Of a stretch of DNA of 62,372 bases, positions 24,678-38,769 are shown one piece after another. Within the stretch, counting starts at the first letter, position 1; each line of letters starts with the position of its first letter. The translations under genes and the position numbers were made by a program. Under the pieces are notes generated by a model, which saw nothing but the letters and a program-made list of their open reading frames with translations, was not told the DNA's origin and searched no databases. The DNA comes from Toensbergia leucococca (Eukaryota). Location of the stretch: the NCBI GenBank assembly GCA_022813965.1, contig JALDZS010000061.1, forward strand, positions 62,001-124,372, in the 5' to 3' direction.

Positions 24678-26188
24678 TTGGTCTGCGACTCTAAGCCTTT
24701 TACACAGTCTTGTTCATATCATGTAACTTATTTCTCACAAACATCTCATCTAATCCACAACACGGGCACAGCTACCGCTGTCGCTATCCTGATGGGAAAG
24801 CACCGTACGCTGGCGGCCCAGGACTTCACTTCCAATTCAAGACGATTAGACAACGGGCCGGGCAAATGCGAGCCACTGGGCGATAGCCCAATTGCTGAGT
24901 TCATTTGGAGGACTAGATCACACTCATTAGACGGCCCTCGGTGTCTTCGTCGATGCATGCTCGCTAGCTCTCTTGTCTAGATACACTCATTACGAAAACT
25001 CGAGACCCATTCTTTACACAACCACCTGTCTACTCTACCATAACCCTCCATCACGGACGCAGCCACCATCTTTGCCATCCTTATAGGAAAGCAACGTACA
25101 CCCAAAGCTCATGAGTCCATTTCGAATTGGAGACGATGAGACCGGCGGCTTAACAATGTGAGCCACCGGGCGATAGCCCAATCGCCTAATTTTTCTGGAG
25201 ATCTCTCGTGCTCCATTGAACGGCTCTCTTGTTTTTCGATCACAGCTGCTACCTCGCAGCTTCAGTGCATACAAGCGCCTTGCAATACTCCACATCCTTC
25301 GGTCCAAAGCATCATACATTCCGATTTGTATTACTATGGCGCCTGGACGACCTCCTTAGGATTTCTGGGGTAATCTCGTCGATTACTACCCTAGGTGCCT
25401 AGGCAATCTGCTTTCAATGGCTTCGCACAATACCGCATCGTCGCTATAATCAATCCTATCTACCATTTGCCGCTTGGACCGTCGGGCAAAGACTATGCAC
25501 CCTTTAAGACACCGAACGAATTGTGGAATCATGTCACAGCCAGACGAGTCCCCGAGAGAGCATTTTGAATTTGCGTCTAGTGATCTCTTCGATACGACTG
25601 AGCTGATATTCCTTCAGCCTGTCTTGGAAGACAGCTTGCTTATCCTGAACCTATCACACCTGGAGCAATCGGCATCGGTGACCTATCATCATTTCCAACG
25701 TATTCTGCATCCACTGGTGTAAGATCTGGTCAAATTTCCACTCAGAACTGATTAAATGGGTTGGATTTGCAGGTCATGATTTTGACGCTTCTGTGCCCTG
25801 CCCCTGCCGGAATCTGGAGCAATAAGTATTGGGGACTTATCATCGTTCCAAATAGACTATCCACTGGCAAAAACCCCAACCGCGGATCAATCTTCTACTC
25901 AGGAACAACAAAAAGGATCGGACCTACAAGGCACGTTTTGGATCTTACAACGTCAGACATCTGTTCGAAATTGAAAAAAGGGGTCGGAGCTGCAAGTCGC
26001 ATTTTCGACACTTTGACCCGCTCCATTTCACTAGTATCGAAACGAGGATTGTCACGCTCGTCTCAAATCCGCCATTTGATCACTCCAATGCCATGTACAA
26101 TGGGCCCAAATGCAGCACGAGGACAGACACAGACTATCACCGATTTTTCCCCACTCTTGCCGTCATTCGAATCACTTAAGCCCAGCTC

Positions 26189-27642
26189 CTAATTCATCTT
26201 CCTGCTTCGGGGCTTTCTAACCAAACAGACCACTCTGTCAACCAAGCCATCTTCGCCCCCCCACCTTCCTAGATCAACATCAACATGATCAACCTCTTTC
26301 CACCCAAACTTTTTATAAAGCCCTAATCCCATCGGACTGGCATCAAGATAGCATACCAGACCTCTATCATCGGCAATATCCAGTCCCCACTTTAACAGCA
26401 AGCTTGCAATTCCCTTTCGCTGGTACATTGGCAATGTACACAGGGTGACTAAGAAGAAATGGGGGTTTCCTTCGGTATGTAGGTCACGTTTTTGGCCTAT
26501 GTCTTTAAAGAAATGTTCAACTAGCGGAACGTTTGTGCCTGGAGCCCATTTCTCGGGCCAACCCTCTGGCACAACTGACGGATCATCACAGAAATTCCAC
26601 TTAGCCCATGCAACAATCTGTCCTGTAGTATTGTCCGTGGCTTTAATAATGCGCGAAGACGGGTGAGCAGCTGACTGAATGAGTTGATTGGCACGAGACT
26701 GGGGTGTCTCCGGGACGTTTAGGTCGAGGGGAAAGCATAGTGACATCAAGGGACTGGACTGGTTGGCTTGCGCTTCGACTTTAGCCAGGGAGAGGTAGTC
26801 AGATTCGTCAGCAACTGAAGAGATGGTAATTCGATCGGCGGAGAGGGGTTTTGAAGGAGATGGGAAGGAGGCGGGACGAATCATGCAGATGTGGATACGG
26901 GTTTGCGAGGAGCCAACGGCGGACAGATCGATAGGAATTTCATCAACTTTTTCAAAGCCATGTTTGAGGTAGAGGGAAAGACCTTGGGGAGCGGCTTCAA
27001 GATAGATGGGAAGCCTGAGATCTTGATTTTGTTGGATCATGGTGTTTAACAGGATGGAGGCGGCGCCGCGTTTACGGTGGGAGGGATGAGTAACGAGCAA
27101 TGCCAGGTCTGAAGATAGAAGATCAGGATTACAGCAATACGACGAGGCATTACTGAAGAGAGATAATCTGAAATAGAGCGTGATTTCAATCGGGCATAAG
27201 GCGCGACCCATAGAGGAGGCATTATGTTCGACGTGTGACTAATTGTGATGTACATACAGATATAGGCCTTGCCGGCCATGATCTCGGTCCTCTTCATGAA
27301 ACCATTAGTGACCAGCGTGTTCGCAGCCTCCTTGTTATAACCATCGGGGAAAGATGGCTCGGGCATCTTCTTCCACTCCCCCTCCTCCCTGTCGGAATAG
27401 ACATAGTACAACGAGTAGGCAACAATGTGGCCGGTCTGTTCATCTTTGACTCGAACTCTTCTGACATAGGGGTCCTTGCCCCAATACTTCAGGTCCAGGT
27501 CGACCCAATGAGCTCTCATGGATGGGGTGGAGCCACCAGGACGCAAGAGAGTCGTGACAGCATCACCCTCGAAGGCTTCAGCAATCAATTCATTGACAGG
27601 GTCAACTTCCGACTTGAGGAGAGGACCAGTCTGCCAAGTCAT
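26189..27642 (-). CDS. Tandem (two-domain) GNAT N-acetyltransferase
   Basis: Exons 27642-27258 and 27108-26189. Two acetyl-CoA motifs (HRKRGAASILL..YLEAAPQGLSLYLKHGF; YQRKGIASLLL..YLDASPMGLGLYKKFGW). Confidence 0.88.
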
Positions 27643-28215
27643 GTTGAAGTCTTGGAAGATATTCTATACTCTATTAGGATAGGTGCGAGTATTGTCCATA
27701 GAGGAATGTCGAATTCAAGCGGAAGCGGTACGTCATCAAGGGATACATGGATTCATGGATTTAGTATTCTAGATGAAACGTCGCTGTCCCTGGTTGGTCC
27801 ATCACACGTGGGCGACAACGATTCTCTCGGCATAGTGACAGCTGTCCTCGACACACGCTCACAACTGTTATACTGACGACTAAGTAACGGTAATGCGCTG
27901 CAATCATGGCCATTGTACACGTATCGACTCTCGACTCGATTGGGATACGAGCGGCTGGACCTGCATATTCTAGGGAACGCCCAAAGCTAATTCCGTACAG
28001 GGGAGCCTGCGGAAAAGATCCATCTCATCGCCTCGAGTGCTTCTGCTCGCGACATGAGGCTTCGGGACACTCGTGTCTTCATCCTTATTCAGCTATGTTT
28101 CATGGGAGATGAGTCTACCGTTTCGCCCCACTCAATGCTCGCCGCTTCATCTTCACCCAGACACTTTAGGCCTGTATGAGATCTGCAAGAAGCCGATCGG
28201 CCTGTACTGTCCGAC

Positions 28216-30749
28216 ATGCAGTCTCTCTCTACAGGCCTACCTTCGCCCACTCTGACCAACCCTGATATGATCCTCCCCTGTGTATCAAATTCAGCTGATT
28301 CCACCCCGTCACCATCTCACAAACCTCGGCTTTCATCATCTCCAGAAACACCACGGCGAAGCCCCATTTTCAACACTGAAGGTCAGGCGAATGGCGCGGG
28401 AAAATTAGTATATGGCAATGGTATCAAAACTCAAGATGAGCCTCAAAAAGACATGGAGGGTAAAGCAGGCGACTTGCAGAATCGTCTTGCAAACAGGGGC
28501 CATTCCAGAAGCAAGAGTCCTCCACTTGCATCTTCGCCGACCCTACATGATGAATACGATGGCACATTTGAAGACGGCGCTATCTCGGAGGATGTAAATC
28601 CAGAGGGGTGGGATGGCTTAGACACAGCAATTGACGACGCCGAGAACCAATACCAAGAGAATCTAAGTGAGAACCCGATGGATAATCAAGGATACCGCCG
28701 CAACCTAGACGAGCTTGACGATGCTCCCCGCAGCAATCTTGTCAATCTGGACGAGGATGAGGACGATCCCTTCTCATACGCTGCCCTAAGTCAAAGGGCT
28801 GAGGTTATCCTAGCAAATGCGAAAAAGAGACTTATGGTTAGTTTATACCTGTGACTAGTCTACCTGGATGGATGATGTCTTAACGTTGCTTGTAGAAAAT
28901 GGAGGGCAATCTTAATCGCGCTCGTTACTCCCTCAACTCCGGACCATCTTCCTCGACATCTCTGACCTCAAACGGTAGTCCTAGGAGCCCATCGCTCGCC
29001 ACTTTGCAAGAGGATCATTTAGATAGTGAGCTTCAGCAAAGTTGGGACTTCTCACCATCAAAACACCGTCAAGTTAATTCTCCACTTTCCACCGGGGGCG
29101 GTCTAGGGCATTCGAGGGTCTTCAGCGAGACCTCTGTACCATCATCACTCCATACTGCCCCTCTTACGAAAGACTACGAAAGAGATGGCAAGAGAGCTGC
29201 TAGCGCTTTGGGAACAACCGGGATGAGTGCGACTGGTAGTCGGACTCAATCAGGGTGGCGAGGTCCTGATCATTCGCGTAATGGCTTCTGGAATAGTTCG
29301 TCGCGAGGCGTAGGCCATTCCAGTAGACAAAATAGTCCCCTGCAACCATTGGATGAAGATGAACCATCTTTGGCTTCTTTCTCAAAATCCGGTACCAACA
29401 TAAACTCCCCCCTTTCGGGCGACCAGCCCGAAACAAGAATTACCCCGAATTCAGGAGCTACATCGTATTTTGACTTCAAGCAGCCCTCTGCTCATGGACT
29501 CACAAGATCGAACTCGGCTCTCCAGGTGTGTGATTTGCGCGACCAGATGCAGGATCTGAAAGGGAAAATCTCATCTTTAAAGCAACGTGCACGCGAAGAT
29601 ACCCTTCGAAGACGAAGCTTGCAAAGTTTGAGGACTCCAAGTCCATTTACTGCGGCAGAACAATGGTATACACGGACTTCAGGCTACGGTGAACCTCAGG
29701 ATAATATAGACGCAACTCCTGACAGGGCTATGACTTACCAGAAGACGCAAAATACTGTAGGCGAGGTCAGACGCGTCGGAGAAGAGAACCTACCCGTCCA
29801 GGATGTTGAGAAAGGGTTCGTGGATAGAATTATGGCGGAAGACTCCAACGGAAGTATGCCGTTGTACACAGAAAACCATGACGACGCTGCTTTGGACGAT
29901 ATGGGACCTAGCTCTCAGCATTCTGCGGATAGTATCTTGCAAGCCGATGGAGACTCATGCAAATCAAGTCTTGAACTTTCGACAAATGAGACGACGAGTG
30001 ACATCGATAGCCTTTACGGAGATCAAGACTTCCACGATACATCCCCTCTTCCGATTGGGGGAAGGCATGAGGATCGTGAGGACGCATTTGACTACGAGCA
30101 CTTCTTCCTCCATAGTAGTATGGGCCAAAACAATCTTAAGCGGAGGGGCAGTCACAGCTCTACTGACTCCGTAGAGACCACCAAGCCGATTGCAAACAGT
30201 ATCGACGGCAATGGTAATCTTCCAAGTGATGATGATACCCCAAGGAAGAGAGGTCACACTAGACTGAATAGTATTGACTCGGTTTCGACAGTCGCATCCT
30301 TTGCGACAGCTACTGAGGGCAAGACTCCTAATGAAGATGCGGACGAGGATGAGTGGATTTATTGGCGCCCAATGGCAGGAGCATGGCAACCGGATTATCC
30401 TCCCGATTTCAAGACAGGACGGAAAAAAGACAGCCAGCGGGATATATCGCGCAAAGAGGTGGCCCACACTAAATCCCCTTCGCCACTACCGGTTCATCAT
30501 CCATCGATGCTCGTTTCTAGCTCGACGGCGCCGGCCACGCTGGAGAATGGCTTGCCGAGGGCTGCTCTTCACCTCAGCGATAGCGACAAGGAGCTTCTGG
30601 AAAAAATAGTTGCAAGTCTTTCAAAGGTCTGTACTCACTTGGACATGGGCAGTAACGAAGCAGGAAAGTACAAGGGTAGGCCTTGGCGTAGAAGGCTTGA
30701 TGCTGCACGACGAGTACTGGACGGTGATCTTGCTGATGATACTATATGA
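28216..30749 (+). CDS. Conserved hypothetical Ser-rich protein with coiled coil
   Basis: Exons 28216-28836 and 28896-30749 (RAEVILANAKKRLM/KMEGNLNRAR; DLRDQMQDLKGKISSLK; HEDREDAFDYEHFFLHS; WRRRLDAARRVLDG). Confidence 0.8.
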
Positions 30750-31982
30750 GTTTGGCATGATTGATACCACTTCACGTCAAGCCTACAAATGTATGTTTGA
30801 GTGTTGGGTCTGATGCTATCATGACCGACCTATCTATCTAATATCATCTTATCTAACAGCACATTGTTGTATGTTTGCTATTGTACTCATTTGATACCAT
30901 ACTCTTATGTTCTTGGATCAAATTTTCTACTATCACTTTCTATTTAAAGCGGGAACAGCAGCTTCTTACAAGGCTATGGGCGGCGTCAGAGGGAGTGATT
31001 ACTAAAATTCCTGAGAGGAAGATTTGTGGTTTCAGTCTGGAGGTCTTATTATATAACCTGTTTCTCTAATCATTAAGTGAACTCTAATCTATATCCAACA
31101 AAAGGGTTGTTCTTGCGGTAATAGATTGAAATATCTTGAAATCAACATCTTAGCCTAGAAGACTACTCGTACCTCATGAGCTTACCAGCGGGCAAACGGT
31201 GTAATTACCGATTGAAGGCGTATATCCCTGAATGTGGGGCATCCCTGAAGGATCTTGTTAGATGCCCGGATCGCGCAATCGCGGCGAGATTGGCTTTGAC
31301 GCCAGCACGTGGAAGCCTACCAAGAGGGTTGGAAACGCAGAGAGGGAAGGCCAGAGCATGTTTTACCTTACCTATTCTATTCCAGCTATTCTACTCGTAT
31401 TCTACTTGCACTCCATCTTGCAAGCCCCATCTCAAATTGCCACAAAAATGGCGGCTAGAATACAGCAGTAGGAAAAGGGCTGACCTTGGCGAAACAAGGA
31501 AGCATATATTGACAATTGAACAATTACCAACTCAAGTTCATCACGTTTGGGTGCAGCCCATGGAGATAGATTACATCATGACAAGAAAAAAGAAAACGCC
31601 CCCAAGACCGGCATTTAATACGCCAATCATACCTCTGCATGTGCGACAATCGACCGATGTCATCAATAGACGCTATCGTACTAGATAACCGCAAGCTACA
31701 TCATCTTCCTTGGCCACATCGAGCATGAGGACGGAGAAAACTGTCGTTCATACAATGTCCAATCCATACTGTATATTTCATTTGCATCTTGTTGTCTCCT
31801 GCCCATCTGACTCTGTGATTTCCGTCCCTGGTCCCTCTAATCTTGCTGTTGCTGCTGTGCCAAAACCCTAATGCTAGTCAACCACCAGCCACCCTTACCC
31901 TAGTACCCACCTTGTCTGACCAGGGTTTCGTTCTTTATTTCATTTCATAGAACATCACCTGTCAATCCTCTCCGTTTTTCAT

Positions 31983-34259
31983 ATGTCCCGGGAAGTCTAT
32001 GACCGGACTTTCCCTCTGGAACTTCCAGCTATCATGTCGCATAGACTCGATTTTGAGCGAATGAAGAATTCTTTGAAGGCAAGGACCACCAGCAGGCGCA
32101 ACACCAAACGATCAAATTCCTCCTCCGACACATACACAGAGACAGCCCCCCAACTTCAGCCACGCCCAATGCCCCGTTTACGAAGCAGGAAGAGCAGCCC
32201 GACCATGTCGAGTTTCGACGCGAAGCAACTTCTCCCCATCAGTGATACCATTATCTTACCACCACCAAAGTCGCCTTCTTCAAAATCTTCTCCAAAAGCG
32301 AATCCCCATTCTCCAGTTTCTTTGGTACCCCAGCAAGGCCCTGCTCTGTCCCGTACACGGACTGAGCCTCTACCAGCACCATCACCTACCGATGATATCC
32401 GAAGCTACGACCTCGGCGCACCTTTACCCAATAAGCGCGATTTTACATTAGATGGCCTATCCGAACGTCTGTTCTCAGACGAACATCTGCGTGTCATCCT
32501 CCACGATCCTTCGCTCTTTCTTCGATTCACAGCTTTCCTCAATCGTTACAAACCTCATTCAGCCCCCGTACTTGTCCGCTACCTGGAGACGAGAAAAGCA
32601 ATCAAGGCAATAGAGTACGCCAACGCTTTGTCTCATGCAATACAGGCGCCTCCAGGGGACCATTCATGGCAGGTTCCTTGCGAGGCCGCTTTGATTGATG
32701 CTAGGTTCGAAGCCCGGTCAAGGAGATGTTTTGAGACTTTGGTCAATGATGCCCTACCTGCATTTATTACACACAACTTGGTCAAGGTAGTTACAGACTG
32801 CATGGTGAAGGAGATTACTGGTACCATACCGCCAGTGATGCGCGAGCTCGTGGGAGGTCTTGCCGAGGTTTTCTGCTTGTCCGATCCAAAATTAAAAGAT
32901 AACCCTATAGTCTATGCAAGCGAAGGTATGTGCACATCGCGTAGGGAAAGAAAATTTTATTTGAATGACTTTGTAGGCTGAAGCTGACTCTTGCCCTAAT
33001 TCCACTAGAGTTTTACCGAACCACTCAATACGGCCGGGATTATGTGATAGGCAGAAACTGTCGATTTCTTCAAGGCCCAAAGACAGAACGTCAATCTATT
33101 GAGAGGCTCACTTCAGCTCTGCATGCGGGAAAAGAAATATGCGAGACAGTGCTTAATTAGTAAGGCCAACAACACCTCCAACCCTTTGTGATGAATACGC
33201 TGACAGGTTTAGCCGACGCGATGGTTCTCCATTCATGAATCTCCTGATGTGCGCCCCTCTCTATGACGATCGTGGTTCCGTTCGCTATTTTATAGGCGCA
33301 CAGGTCGACGTCTCCGGTCTCATCGAGAATGGCCACGGTCTCGACTCATTTGAGAAGCTCCTCACCGAAACCCGCGAGCAGCAGCGTCAACGTAACAGTG
33401 ACCACTCTCAAGAGAGTGTCTCTAAGAGGCCTCTCCGAGCGCTTGCTGAGCTAGCGGAGCTGTTGTCGTCCGAAGAAACCTCAGTACTTCGACCAAGAAG
33501 CCGATCAGATTCCATGCAAGATGACGGCTCCGTCATGAGCGGCTCGATGCGCACCGGTCATGGGAGACGTGAAATTGGGTCCCGACCAACAAGGAGGATC
33601 CTCGGAAATGACGACAAAGAAGACGAGGACGACCGTAACATGTGGGCGCTGTCATCGCTCGGCCCCTCAGGAAAACTTCCCGGCGTTTACCAAAATGTAA
33701 GCCGCCCATCATCCCATTCTACACACTCTCGACTAAAAGATCTCAGTATCTCCTCATCCGTCCTCACCCCTCCCTCCGTATTATCTTCGTCTCGCCCGCC
33801 CTCCGCATCCCTGGCCTTCTCCAATCTCCCTTCTTAACCCGCATTGGTGGTCCTGCCTCCGTCCGCGACGGCCTTGCCTCCGCCTTCGCAGCTGGGCACG
33901 CCGTTACCGCAAAAGTTTCCTGGCTGCCTCAAGGCCGTGGCGAAACTACCGAGCATGCTGATGCCGGCAATGGGAGCAGGGCGCAAGCTCGGACGCGGTA
34001 TATTAGTTGTACGCCTCTATGGGGGAGTGATGATAGGGTGGGGGTTTGGATGGTTGTAATGGTTGAAGACGAAAGAGTAACAGGAGGATTGGTCAGAGGG
34101 GAGGGAGGGAAGGCGAGGCCAGCGGGCATGGAGGACGATGGGAGAAGGTTGTATGCTGATTTTTCTGGGGCGGCAAAGAGGAAGAGTGAAGTGGGAGGTG
34201 GGACTTTGGAGAGGGTGGGGAGTGGTGATGGGGACAGTTATCGTGGGATGAGTCTTTAG
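31983..34259 (+). CDS. RGS-LOV-DUF blue-light photoreceptor (BcLOV4-like architecture)
   Basis: Exons 31983-32925, 33009-33159, 33213-33696, 33747-34259. RGS-like FSDEHLRVILHDPSLFLRFTAFL; LOV DNPIVYASEEFYRTTQY..GRNCRFLQG..NYRRDGSPFMNLL..YFIGAQ; C-terminal LPGVYQNYLLIRP domain. Confidence 0.88.
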
Positions 34260-36312
34260 GATTGGACACGGGGGGCTGATGCATGGTAGGTCGTTTTGGA
34301 TGGGTGCTTGGCATTTGTGCGGAGCCGGAGGTGGGGTATCTTTTCCATATCTGGTACATATAATTCTTAATTCTCTTAATTCTGTTGATTCTCTAGTCCC
34401 AATACCCTCCCATCCACAGTTCCACTCACTCTTGGATTATAAGACGAAAGAGCCGGCGTAGGATATCACAAGCTCGAATCTACCAATATGCACACCTAAG
34501 GCAATTCTAGTTGCGTTTCCAAGGCAGGCTTTCGTGATTATGTCGGAAGCACCCGGACGTTGGCAAGCAGAGTTCAATCTGATATGAGCGTCTCTATTTT
34601 CTGGGCGGAGAAGTTCTCAGAGTTTGGAGTTAAAGAAGATGCATTTGGCTAACCTAAGATGGAACAGTAAAGCGAGTGGGAAGCAAGCGGGCGGTGATCT
34701 AAGGCAAGTCTGGAAGATCAGGTGGGGGTCGAGGTTGAGGGGAGAGGGAGAGGGGTTGTTTTTGGGGATTAAAGTTGTTCCTCTCGCCATGAGCTGAGTT
34801 TTACTGCCTGTTCGGGCTAGCCTGGTCACTGTAACAAACATTTCGCATAATCGTTGTTGAGCTTCCTTATGATTCTACTACTCGATGAACACTGAGTCCA
34901 TGTCTGATAGGAATGAATGCCGACAAGAATCTAGTCGCGATTGACGCCGTAAAGAGCAGAAATCCAAGACGGGCAATTTCTGAAATTACCTCTTTTGGTG
35001 CGTCAGGTTGGCGCAAATAATTATCCAATTATTCCACACCCCAGAATCAATTTTCGCCGAGAAGGATTCTTTTTGCGGGGCATGCAGTGCATACAGCCAC
35101 GAGACACCCTCCTCTGCCCATCACCACATCGCACAGCAGGTACTCAATTGGTATGTTACAGTCGTACGAGCCAACATATGACTAAGGTGGGTAGTATGAA
35201 CATCAATTACTGAAAGCCTTCTGGACCGAGCTTCCGTAGTTTCATTTTCCAATCCTCCGAGTGGATCGCATACCCCCACACTAAGGGGAAGGGATCGATG
35301 GAAGCAGGACCAGCCACTGCTGCCCTCTGATCTACCTATTTCACATGCCCCCGACGACTATGACTACGAGAGCCTCATCAAGCAGCAGTCGATGCACAGT
35401 TGGGAAGTCTGTTACTTAGCAGCCCCAATGGCCTCGTCCATGACCGGATTCGTCTATCCGCCTAGGTCTTGTAGCAATGCATTCCCCAACGCTGCAGCAA
35501 CGGCCGTACGATGCTTTGGTGGGCCTCAATGTGAAGAAATTGGCCAAGGAGTATGTGCTTGGCATGCCGGGTATGGATGAACGGGCCGAATGGCTGCCGA
35601 ATGAGCGACGACGTAGACGGCGTTGGGCTGGTGTCCTTGTATGGTACTTTAGTGGGCTAGTATAGCGAGTATAGGTAGGTATAGCCTTGTCTGTCCCCAT
35701 TCCCCACTCCCCATTTCCACCCAACGGGACCTGGATTCCAGCGCATCGGTAGCCCGACAATTGCTCTCTCCATCAACCTTCTTCTCCCCAATCTTCATCT
35801 CCTTAGCCGCACGGCTGTGGACCAGCAAGCACTGGGGCACTGCGTCCTGAGCAAACCGAGAATCGACTGGAGGAACAGTGTGCCGCACTTGGTAGCGAAG
35901 AAAGTGACCAGTCTCATGCCCAATGCTACATCTAGCCTACGTCGACGCTCAGACCTCCTCACAATCCGAGCCATTTGGGTACCTGATCGAATCAGGCTGG
36001 CCGACGAGCCATGATGGCGTTTCACTCCCTCGTCTCTAGTGTGGGGTTTGTCAGAGAGCAGTGGCGTTGCAATGTTTTCTCGTATCCCAAGCTGAATTGA
36101 TATTTATCCTGCTCCAGCCCACCCGGGAGCTAAAGATTTCATCGTCTCTCAACTGAAAGATTGTTGTTGTTTTGCGGATATTCGTTTGTGCGCCAACGTT
36201 GTTCCTTCTCTTGTCGTCAGATCAAGTTTTACTTGTGTGCTACTCCTTCCATATTCAACCTTCACCAATTCGACCTTATAAATATCTACCTTTTCCACTT
36301 CCCACCGTCACA

Positions 36313-37052
36313 ATGCTTGCAACCAACGGGAGATACAGTCTTCCGACGCCGCCATCAGCAATGGACTACGCCAATACAGCCTCACTCACGCAGATCAATG
36401 ACGCATTGCAGTCGATGCATCACAGACACATGTGGATCATTACTGGTCCGGCAGGATGTGGTAAAAGTACAATTGCGCAGTACCTAGCCAAAGAACTTTC
36501 ATTACCTTACATTGAAGGTGACGATGTAAGTGGAATCGGCTGTCTGTACCAATTTGACCCTTTTCAAACCTGACCAATGGTGAGTTGCAGTACCATTCCA
36601 TTTCCAATAAGCAAAAGATGGCTCAGAACATTCCACTCACCGACGTGGACCGTTGGGATTGGCTAATCTCACTTCGAGAGGCGGCCGCAACACGCCTGTC
36701 TCCATCGGTTTCTTCGGCCGCTAAACCGCACCATGGCGTCGTTGTTACCTGCTCAGCTTTGAAGCGCAAATATCGTGACGTGATCCGGATTGCAGCCTAC
36801 AACGATCACAAGGTGATGGTGCATTTTATTTATCTCCGGGCCAATGAGGATATTTTATTAGCCAGAGTGCAAGCGCGGATAGGGCATTACATGAAGAGCA
36901 CAATGGTCCACTCTCAGCTGGAACTCTTGGAAGAGCCAGATGCCGAAGAACAAGGAAGGGACGTGCTCGAAGTGGATTGTGGTCTCAGTGTGACAGAGGT
37001 CCAAAAGAAAGTGGTGAGGATAGTGAAAGAGGCGTTGGCCGATGACGTATAA
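36313..37052 (+). CDS. Gluconokinase (GntK/IdnK family)
   Basis: P-loop GPAGCGKST, IEGDD/YH across intron 36526-36590, PLTDVDRWDWL, CSALKRKYRD, HYMKSTMVHSQ. Confidence 0.93.
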
Positions 37053-38339
37053 CACTCAGCGATTGGGTTGTTTTTCCTTCACGTCCAGAGTCGATGAAGT
37101 TCATGTTATTAGTGATGGCTATCAAAAGCATGCAATAGGCTGGAGGGAAAGGAAAGGGTCATTGAAAAGATACCCAACGGTAACCTTGTGGGCACAAAAA
37201 GTATTCAGGACGTCTTAGATGCCTGTAGGTCATGGGCCAGGTTCATGAGGAGAATAATCAAAAAGTAATACAAGCATCACGACCCAGGAATTTATTGTTA
37301 TTCCAGGCTCAGACTGGGATTACAACTTGTCCACTCTCTGAAATTGTCAAAGGTAGGTAGCATCGTGAGAACTCGGGGGCAGGGTAGACCTGGTATATAC
37401 AAAGCCCGGAACAACCTGGTCGTATACTTGCCCCCTAAGGTATCGCAGATGAAGGTTCCGCAGAAAATACCGCAACACTAGGCTCCTTTCAACCCAGAGT
37501 TTTCTCAGGGCAAACCAAAAGTTCGCTGCACTGGGGGGTGGGCTTGCACACACACAGTTCAGCACCTGCATGCTGCATATGCACAAATTTCGCCACACTC
37601 CCCAATCCTCGAACCAATACCCTGGTCCCCTTGCCCCCCCTCCCTCCCCCACCATTTGAAACAAGCCCCAATCAACGCCTCTTTCCCCGCTTTTTTTTTC
37701 CGGATCCAATCCCCCGCACAAAATTGGAGACCTCAAATCCAAGGCCCGTTCTTTGCCTTTTTTTTATTTTTATTTTTTAATTTTTATTGTTTTTTTTGGG
37801 TGGGGGGGAGAGAGAAATATGTGATGGCCCCCCCAATCCCCCCAGGTCATGCTTTTGCCACTAGGTAGGTAGGTAACCCCCACATAATGTTTGATTTCTG
37901 CAGGCTACGGTACGGTACACTATGGTCAAATCTCTGTTCCGGCATGTTTGGTAGATGATCGCATTTTGTGCTGATTTTACCTATGAGTTGTGCTTTGTCT
38001 TGCTTTTTTACCCCCCCCTCCCTCCCCCACACTTAGTGTCTCCCGGCCCACCCCCACCTGTCCCCCCCTCAACCCACCCCGCACCCCGCACCGGTCCGCG
38101 CTATTGAGATGAGTGATTTCTGAGGTAAGCTGAGAGAGAGGATTGACCCTGTTTCTTGGTGGGGGAGGTTGTTTGACTCCCTTTCCCTTGCGTTAGAAAA
38201 GTAATTATTATACTTGTTCTCTTTGAAGAGCTGAGTCTATATGTATTAGGTATTAGGCAGTCTGAGCTCTACCTCAATTACCTCACCTCATCTCACTGTG
38301 TCAGTCATCTTAGAGATTTGTATCTCTCATGATTTCATA

Positions 38340-38342
<3 letters not shown>

Positions 38343-38378
<36 letters not shown>
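38343..38378 (+). repeat. (TTA)12 microsatellite
   Basis: Read directly from the sequence. Confidence 0.95.
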
Positions 38379-38379
<1 letters not shown>

Positions 38380-38769
38380 CACGCCCTTTTAAAAAGAGAT
38401 CTCTATTTTTTTGCTGTAATAAATGACATCTTTTTTAATTTGATTTGATGATCATTTTTCTTATACATTTATTTAATTCATGATTTATTCCCTTTAGTAT
38501 TATCTTCTTTTCTCTCACTCAAAGAGAAAGGTAAGTGATTTATCTTTTCTCTTAAAAAGAAAGGACTCTTTCTTGAGTTTTATGTAAACTCTATCTTGAA
38601 GATATTTAATTTATTTTTTTTTAAATATTTGCAGTATCTTTTACTTTACTTACTCTTTTTTCTTATCAATTATAATATCTTACTTATAGATATAAGAAGT
38701 TTATGAGAGTTGCTAAGGTTTAGTGAGAAACCTCGTTAAAAAAAATGTTAGATTCAATAAATTAAAATA

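Noticed and set aside
25735..25758. Fifth copy of the 28-nt unit
   Set aside because: TTCCACTCAGAACTGATTAAATG needs several indels to align; not distinguishable from chance.
27235..27876. 213-aa plus-strand ORF and other long antisense ORFs (e.g. 14750-15364, 18298-18858, 48990-49481)
   Set aside because: Antisense shadows of well-supported genes.
31176..31688. 170-aa ORF upstream of RGS-LOV
   Set aside because: No motif or coding-like composition; probably promoter DNA.
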